A stretch of 64,000 nt of DNA, from assembly GCA_964019335.1 (NCBI GenBank), contig OZ025708.1, positions 434,001-498,000 on the forward strand, written 5' to 3'. The notes below the pieces were generated by a model. The model was not told the DNA's origin. It saw only the letters and a list, made by a program, of their open reading frames with translations, and ran no database searches. Origin of the DNA: Diplonema japonicum (Eukaryota > Protista > Euglenozoa: Diplonemea). Position numbers and translations under genes: made by a program. This document shows, piece after piece, positions 57,210 through 64,000 of this stretch; position 1 is the first letter of the stretch; each line of letters starts with the position of its first letter.

Positions 57210-59220
57210 ATGCTCCAGAAGGAGAGTATTAACAGATAGGCCCTATAGCGCTACGTTGTCGGCGTACGCAGCAAAATCTGAAAAAGTGCGTACGGCTCCA
57301 CCCCAAAAAAATGATTTACAGAGCTTCCACTTTTTCTTTTTTTTGCCTTGGAACCTTTATGTGTTCTAATCTCACTCCCCCTCCCCTCCCTTCCTGCTAT
57401 TTTCGCTGCCTAGTTGACTCAGGACTATTTCCTCGGATGAACGATGACAACAACAATAAGATCTTGTGCACCATGTGTCTTGAACCAGACTGTGTTGTCT
57501 GTGGGTTTCTTGAATCTCAGGTTTGCACTTTTCTAACTCATAGTGGAATTCCAGTTGGTTCTTGTTCTCAAGTTGCAGATCAGTGGTGTCTTCCATAGCT
57601 CTGGGCAAATAAAAGCCCACTTTTGGCTTAGGCCTTGTTCCCAGTTTCAATTTTTCTATTTAGTCAGCTTACCAAGCTCCCCAAAAGACTTCAAAATACC
57701 GAAGCAGCAGAAAGTGAGGAGCGAGTGGCCGCGCCAGGTATGAGAAGGCCTGATTAGAGATGGCGACAGTGGCAATTCCAGCGACAGCGGCAGCACTAGT
57801 CAACAAAGTGGGGAAAACAACTTGTATTCGCGGTGGAAAGGTACAACGAAGGGAGGAGGGTCCGCCGAGAGAAGCACGAAACTGGACAACCCTAGCTGGA
57901 AGGAACTGGCAGCCCGCAACGAGACCGAAGCAAACCTGGGAAGGAACAACCCATAACGGAAGGAGCGAGGCAACCCCGCACCCGAGACCGACCCCCGACA
58001 CCTCGGACTACAACACGCAGCAGAAGGAACCAAGCAACCCCATACCCTCTGGCGCCTGTACCCGCAAAGGCCCAAGGAGACTCCACAGATGCCACTCTGA
58101 ACTGTCCTCATAAACTTCACGATTTTGTCACAAGCTTGTAGGTGCTGGATGGCGAAGAGGAAAAAAAGGACAACGAGGAAGCAAACGACGAACCTAACAC
58201 TGAACCCAACACTGAATCCAACGCTGACCTCACAGATGACTCTTTCGGCAACAAAAAAACCATCGAAGCTGAGGAATTTGTCATAAGAAGAATTCTTTAT
58301 TACACAGGTGCCGCGACCGAAGGCATCATTGTTTGACGAAGAGAACGTCTGATAGAGACGAATCGGGTGTAAAAGTGTTTTGTCTCAGTAAAGAGGGGGC
58401 GACAAAAATGGATGCTTTTAAACTTGCAGTTGAGAAGCTAGGGGTAAAAAAAAAATGGTATTCGGACCGAGAAAGGGTAAATGGGAATATTTTGGCGATC
58501 AGGACACTCGCCACAGAGGCTTTTGAGAAGCCCAGTGGCACGCAACGACTGTGCTGCACTAGTTTGTGACGTAGTGTGTAAAGGGGAACTTTTAGTGGAC
58601 TTCTGCTATCATTTTCTGGTTGGTAGCCAACAAGACACCACGGCGCCAATTGGTCAGAGGCATGAGGCTTGACCACATCACACATGACGAAATAAGGACA
58701 GCTGGTCTTACTGTTGGAAAAGATTTGTTCCACAGTAGCATGGGCACAGAAAGAAATAAAGAAAAAAAATGGAGTGGATACTCTGGACTGACGGTGGGCG
58801 TCACTTTCGTGCAAAGGGATTTTGCTACTTCTTGTTCTTTTTGGTCTTCGTTATGTCTATCCTGATCGGACGTTTTCCCTGTGGCTTCTGGGCAAAAACA
58901 GCAGGGACAGCCACTTTGGTGTGCTCTCTCGTGTTTGGCTTTGGGTGCCTCGTTCCACAACAATTAAAACTGTGGAACAAATAGCTAGCATCACCAATAC
59001 GATACGGTGCACCGTGCACGTAGTTACTGATGTCTTTAGCCCATACAAAAAGAAAATTCTTGAGTTTCCGGATTTTACAGGTGCATATGAGCTCAGGAGT
59101 AACTCGATGCAGACAGGGCAGAGAAAAGGCCCAGTCTGTGAATCTCGTGATGAGTATGAGGACGTTCCTGGTAGCCTTCCCGGGCTTGAAAAACGAGAAA
59201 GAATAGTAACCAAGCCTGCC
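57210..59220 (+). mobile_element. Probable decayed DDE transposase relic (Sola-like motifs)
   Basis: Homopolymer-poor, coding-like 2-kb block broken by stops and frameshifts. Contains WILWTDGGRHFR (58784) and, in another frame, GKNSRDSHFGVLSR (58891), resembling the 'W(S/T)DG...' and 'HGKxxxDxxFG' motifs I associate with Sola-type transposases. No TIRs found. Confidence 0.35.
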
Positions 59221-59342
59221 AGTTTTTTTTTCTCCCATTTCCCTTTTTTACCTGTCTCCTTCTTCCTTCCTTTCCCCCCAATCACCCCAAAAAAAAACAT
59301 TTTGAACACGCCGACAGCTTGAAAAGAAAAAAGAGGAAAAAA

Positions 59343-60989
59343 ATGCTGGCCCGAATCCTGTTGTTGTGGTTGTTCGCTGTTGTGGTTGTTGGTGCGACCG
59401 TCGAGGAGCTAGCACGGATCGGCGGGGCGGGCCCGCTGGCGGGGGAGACCTCTGCGGACCTGGCGAGGTCGGGGGACCACACGTTCAGCGTGATGACGGA
59501 CGATTCGGTGAGGATCACGAATGTTGCAGACAAGGCAAACCCTGTGGAGGTAGGGATGCTAAAGCACAGCAGCGGGAGGGCAGCCTCTGTGCTGACGGAC
59601 GGGAACCTGCTGTACGTGTCGTACCTGCACGCACTGATCGTCTACGATCTGTACCCGGACCCCGCTGCCCCAAGGATGCTGCACACCTTCCTTCCCCCTC
59701 CCGACGCCGACCTGAACTTCTGGCGTGGGATGACCCAGTCTGCCAACCACATCTACGTGTCGTACTTCCACAGCCCCACCACCACCGAGTCCCTGTACGT
59801 GCTTGCGAAGGGGACCCTCATGCAGGTGGGGGTTTCGGTGTTGTCGACGACAGGCTCCTTCGTGCTGGACATGACCTACGCGGACAGGAAGGTGTACGCG
59901 ACCACAGAGCAGCTCACCCCCCAGGGCAGCGTCTCTGTGCTGGACGTGTCGGACCCCACGAACCCCCACGAGGAGTCGTCCTTCGCAACGCCGGACATCG
60001 ACTTCAACAGGGTTGTGTTCCACGAGGGCTTCCTGTACATCAGCAGGGTCGACACCAGCACGGACATGCCGCTGAAAATCAACCCGACGACAGGGGCCCC
60101 CGTGGCGATGACGATGCCTGCCTTCGTGCACGATTGCGGGGATATCCGCTTCTACAACTCGAGGGTGTACCTTGCCTGCTCCAACAACGGCCTCGTTGTG
60201 TTGGAGGAGACGGCGCCCAACACCTTCACCCTCCTTGCAAGGGACGAGGCGAGGTCCCCCTTCACCCTCCTGCCCAGCGGCGGCTACCTTTTCGTGAGCG
60301 ACGCGACGGACAGGCTTGCGATCTACGACATTCCGGATGCGGCTGTGGAGCTCGTTGGGGGCATCGTACCTTTTGCGATGCAGGTTGTGGAGGGAGACTC
60401 CTCTTCTGCTGTGGAGGACAAGGTGAGCGGGCAATGCTGGGAGAGGATCCCCGAGTGGCTTGCAGGGTCGACAGCGTACATGGGGGTTCACGGGGGCAAA
60501 GGGATGTCCCTGAGACTGTCGTGCCCTGCGACTGAGAAGAACTACTACCCCTGCACCTTCTATGTGACACTGCACAACTGCCTCCCGTGCAGCTCCTCTA
60601 CCAACGGAGGCCTCCCGAAGGAGTTGCTGGAGGCTGGCTTCGAGGCTGCGGGCTGCGGGCCGAGGTACATCCCAATCTTCCCCGGTGCCCCCGATGATGT
60701 CCGCAACCACCCTGCCGCAATCTTCAAGCTGCAGGTGGAGAGAGGTACGGAAGCCATTGAGCTGCCCGTGTCCAGGGAACTCCTCCACGTCGCGGTGTTC
60801 GTGCACTCCTCTGGACAGCAGTGCTCCTTGAAGAACGCCGAGGCGTGCGCCGCAGCCTCCCGGGTGTGCGAGTACGACAGGAAGAAGAAGAAGTGCATGG
60901 ACAAGCCGATGTGCCCCACGAGGACAGGACCTCAACCCACAGGGCCACAGGGGCGCAGGTGCATGTGCTTCGCCCTCCCGCTGTTCTGA
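59343..60989 (+). CDS. Secreted LVIVD-repeat (beta-propeller-like) protein with Cys-rich C-terminal domain
   Basis: Signal peptide MLARILLLWLFAVVVVG. Repeats: VRITNVADKANP, LLYVSYLHALIVYDLYPDPAAP, VSVLDVSDPTNP, VYLACSNNGLVVLE, YLFVSDATDRLAIYDI. The ATG at 59343 is preferred over the TTG at 59319. Confidence 0.75.
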   Translation: MLARILLLWLFAVVVVGATVEELARIGGAGPLAGETSADLARSGDHTFSVMTDDSVRITNVADKANPVEVGMLKHSSGRAASVLTDGNLLYVSYLHALIVYDLYPDPAAPRMLHTFLPPPDADLNFWRGMTQSANHIYVSYFHSPTTTESLYVLAKGTLMQVGVSVLSTTGSFVLDMTYADRKVYATTEQLTPQGSVSVLDVSDPTNPHEESSFATPDIDFNRVVFHEGFLYISRVDTSTDMPLKINPTTGAPVAMTMPAFVHDCGDIRFYNSRVYLACSNNGLVVLEETAPNTFTLLARDEARSPFTLLPSGGYLFVSDATDRLAIYDIPDAAVELVGGIVPFAMQVVEGDSSSAVEDKVSGQCWERIPEWLAGSTAYMGVHGGKGMSLRLSCPATEKNYYPCTFYVTLHNCLPCSSSTNGGLPKELLEAGFEAAGCGPRYIPIFPGAPDDVRNHPAAIFKLQVERGTEAIELPVSRELLHVAVFVHSSGQQCSLKNAEACAAASRVCEYDRKKKKCMDKPMCPTRTGPQPTGPQGRRCMCFALPLF

Positions 60990-61579
60990 ATTGGCGTGTT
61001 TGTCTCTCTTTTTTCTTTTTTTAAGAATAACAATAACAATAATAATTATAAAAAAGATTTTGACTATATCTTTTTTTCATTTACACACTACTTCCCTTTC
61101 TTTTCTTCTTCTTCTTTTTGCCCCTTTCCTTCTTGTCGTTCAGCACAAAGAAGGAAGTCGTTAAAAAAGAATACAGAGCACGGTTAATGCCTTGGGCATC
61201 CCCGGCCTTCGCTGGTGGAGCTGGCGATGCAATGCAACGGCGGTTGCTGCTTTTTTTTCCCCCTCTTTTTTTTCTAGTCTAGAACCCTTTCTTTTTCTTC
61301 CCTCCACTCCCGTCACTGAGGCCCCCGCCTGCTGGGACGGGCTGCTCATACCGTATCTAATATATACTGCTGACACTTCAGTGTACTTTCCTCTCCGCTA
61401 AATCTTTTGCTGCCCTTCAGGGTAAGTGCAGAAGAGCATCTTTCAATTTTTTTTTCTTCTCTTTTTTCTCTCTTTTTTTTTTTCAATTTTCATGCGTTTG
61501 CCTACAACTCGCCTCCCCTTATCCACGCACACTCAAAAAAACAGGTTAACCTACACACACACACCCCATCCTACCAGTA

Positions 61580-62404
61580 ATGATGATGCTGCTGCGCCCC
61601 CTTGTGTGCGTGACAACGCTGTTTGCGTGTGCTCACGGGCACGGCTACGTGAAGGCTCCGGCGTCGAGGAACTACGCCTGCAAGGAAGGGGCGAACCAGA
61701 ACTGCGGCGGGGTGCAGTACGAGCCGCAGAGCGTGGAGGGGGCGGACAGGTACCCTGACAGCGGGCCTTCGGACGGAACGCTCGCGGCGGCGGGGCAGGA
61801 CAACTGGGCGGCCCTGAACGAGCAGTCGGCGACGAGGTGGGCGAAGACCTCGATCAGCTCCGGCCCTGTGGACTTCACGTGGCAGTTCACGGCGAACCAC
61901 ATCACGCGGGACTGGAGGTACTACATCACGAAGGAGGGGTGGAACGGGGTGACCCCTCTGGGGAGGGAGACCTTGGAGAGCAGCCCCTTCTGCACGGTGG
62001 ACGGGGCGATGGTGCAGCCGCCGATGGTGGTGACGCACTCGTGCACGGTCCCGACGAGGAGTGGCTACCACGTGGTCCTCGCCATCTGGGACGTCGGCGA
62101 CACGGCGGCCAGCTTCTACAACGCCATCGACCTCGACTTCAACGGGGGCAACACGACCCCTGTCCCGACACCCCTCCCCACCACGGCCCCGACGGGGGAC
62201 GCCGCAAGCCCTGTCCCGACACCGGTCCCCACAGCGGCCCCTCCCGCAGGGCCCTGCAACGGCCCCGTCATCGCGGAGTGGGGAGGCTGCATCGATTCCC
62301 CTTCCTGCTGCGAGGCTCCCGCCCGCTGCTACCAACAGAACCAGTGGTACGCCCAGTGCAGGGCGAGGTGCGATGTTCCTGAGTGGTGCAAGCTTATTGG
62401 ATAA
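61580..62404 (+). CDS. AA10 lytic polysaccharide monooxygenase (CBP21/GbpA-like) + Pro/Thr linker + CBM1-like module
   Basis: Signal peptide ends ...ACAHG, so the mature N-terminus is HGYVKAPASR (His-brace His1). Also YEPQSVEG, WQFTANH (second His), WRYYITK and GYHVVLAIWDVGDTAASFYNAIDLDF (axial Phe). C-terminal EWGGC...CC...CYQQNQWYAQC. Confidence 0.92.
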   Translation: MMMLLRPLVCVTTLFACAHGHGYVKAPASRNYACKEGANQNCGGVQYEPQSVEGADRYPDSGPSDGTLAAAGQDNWAALNEQSATRWAKTSISSGPVDFTWQFTANHITRDWRYYITKEGWNGVTPLGRETLESSPFCTVDGAMVQPPMVVTHSCTVPTRSGYHVVLAIWDVGDTAASFYNAIDLDFNGGNTTPVPTPLPTTAPTGDAASPVPTPVPTAAPPAGPCNGPVIAEWGGCIDSPSCCEAPARCYQQNQWYAQCRARCDVPEWCKLIG

Positions 62405-63163
62405 AAAAGCTGTCCGAAGAAAAAAAAAAAAAAAAAAAACGAAACGACTAACTAACGAGAAAAGCACACCTATTTTTTTTTTCTTTTAAATTCATCTTCC
62501 AAAAAAAAAAGAAAATCTTTATAAGGAGGCGACGCGGGCGGAGGGGTGAAGAAGGATGATGTTGGTTTATGAAAAAAGGGGTATTTTTTTTTACCGTGAC
62601 TCCGGGTCACGCCCCCATTCTCTCTTGAACCTCTGTTCTTTCTTTCTTCTTTCCCCCGACACCATTTTTCCTCCCTCGATGCTTTTGGAAGGGCCCTATG
62701 GAATCATTTCCCGGGGTATCTTTTGTTTTGTGTGTGTTGCCTTCTCCTCGTTCCCTCTCTCTTCTTTATTTATTTATTTATTATTTTTTTTGTGTGTGTT
62801 CCCACCCTCTCCTTTTTGTGGCAATCGTTTATTTGCTAAACCCTCTTGCACAAGTTTCCTTTCTGTTTGTTTGTTTGTTTCACAAGCACTAGAAAAAAAA
62901 AGAGGGAGAAAAAAAAAAAAAAAAAAAAGCTTGGTATCTTGTTTCTTCGCCTTTCTTTTTTCTCCCTCTTTTTTTCTCTTTTTTTTTCCCCTGCTTCTCG
63001 TCTTCTTAAACGACGCTTCGAATTTTTTATATTTTCTTTCACGGTGGAAACTCTCTGTGCTTCTCTTTTTTTTTTATCTCACTCCAGGTTTATAACCCAA
63101 CAAAAAAAAAAAAAAAAAAAAAAAACCTCATACCGTGTGAGAAAGAAAGAAAAGAAGAAGAAG

Positions 63164-64000
63164 ATGAGAATCTTGCAGACAGCACTGCTGGGGTTGGCAG
63201 TTGCGCTCCTTGCAGGGGCTCAGGACACAGCGCCCTCAACAACATCGACCTCTGAGCCGCTGACGGTGACGTCTCTGGCCACGTCGTTGGCGGACACGGT
63301 GGACGCCTTCAGGGGGGCCGTGGCGGACGCACTTGCGGACAGGGCGGACGAGGTGCTGGAGGCCCTCGGGGTGCAGGAGGCGATTGAGGCGGTGACGGGG
63401 GCCCTCGACCAGCTGAACACCCTGAAGGACAAGGCGGTGGAGGCGGCGGACGGGTTGATGGAGTTCTTCGAAGACACCGCGACGGTCGAGACCTTCCTGG
63501 CCGACATCCCCAACCTCGCGAACAGCCTGAAGCCCTACATCCGCACCTTCTCCGGGCAGTGCAACGCGACGACCGCCTCTTCGAACAGGGCGGCGATGCT
63601 CCTCGAGGCGCAGCAGAACCACCAGAAGCGGAGGATGGTGAAGCCCCTGGAGGACTGCTGTGCGATCGGGTACCTCTGCACCTCGAAAGCGAACGGGAAC
63701 TTCGGGTGCCCGCTCTTCACGGTGACGATCGGCTTTGGTGTCGCGTATGAGGGGCTGAGGGTGGGGAACTTCGTCTTCACCCCCTCTATTGGGCTCGGGT
63801 GGAGCATCGGGTTGGAGGCTGTCCCGGGTGGAAGGGCAAATCTCTTTACGGGTCTGGGTCTTGGATGGGGTGCGGGTATTAACTACGAGAAGCAGACGGA
63901 ACCTGCTACTCCTGTTCCTACACCTGTTCCTACACCTGTTCCTACACCTGTTCCTACACCTGTTCCTACACCTGTTCCTACACCTGTCCCTACTCCGGTT
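63164..64000 (+). CDS. Secreted/surface protein of unknown function, running off the window end, with TPVP mucin-like repeats
   Basis: ATG 63164, signal peptide MRILQTALLGLAVALLAGA, frame open to 64000 (279 codons). Helical region, Cys cluster, Gly-rich alternating segments, then a 12-nt ACACCTGTTCCT array. Confidence 0.75.
   Translation, partial: MRILQTALLGLAVALLAGAQDTAPSTTSTSEPLTVTSLATSLADTVDAFRGAVADALADRADEVLEALGVQEAIEAVTGALDQLNTLKDKAVEAADGLMEFFEDTATVETFLADIPNLANSLKPYIRTFSGQCNATTASSNRAAMLLEAQQNHQKRRMVKPLEDCCAIGYLCTSKANGNFGCPLFTVTIGFGVAYEGLRVGNFVFTPSIGLGWSIGLEAVPGGRANLFTGLGLGWGAGINYEKQTEPATPVPTPVPTPVPTPVPTPVPTPVPTPVPTPV
63908..64000 (+). repeat. 12-nt coding minisatellite (ACACCTGTTCCT)n = (TPVP)n
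   Basis: At least 7 units, continuing past the window end. Confidence 0.9.

Overview
Eukaryotic protist genomic DNA, not prokaryotic. Short GT-AG introns, homopolymer-rich intergenic DNA, all intact genes on the + strand and pyrimidine-tract/AG sites before most ATGs suggest a euglenozoan with trans-splicing, most likely a diplonemid; this taxon is my inference, not a database result. The window is dominated by one intronless 39,009-nt ORF (16607-55615, 13,002 aa) encoding a giant type I membrane adhesin-like protein. It has a signal peptide, a beta-sandwich/C-type-lectin head, 18 VWA domains spaced by short Cys-Trp repeats, ~32 Ca-EGF-like 'DEC' repeats, C-terminal EGFs, one TM helix and a 39-aa tail. 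Upstream lie the end of an unknown gene, an oxysterol-binding protein, a tandem ADP-ribosyltransferase-domain protein with a possible dynein-stalk-like C-terminus, a SnoaL/NTF2-like protein, a CaaX-ending SEC14 protein, a GH27 glycosidase, a non-autonomous hAT element (27-bp TIRs, 6-bp TSD) and a U2 snRNA 5' fragment. Downstream lie a decayed partial LPMO gene copy followed by a probable transposon relic, a secreted LVIVD-repeat protein, an intact bacterial-type AA10 LPMO fused to a CBM1-like module, and the start of a secreted protein with TPVP repeats. All domain calls come from manual motif reading; no searches were run.
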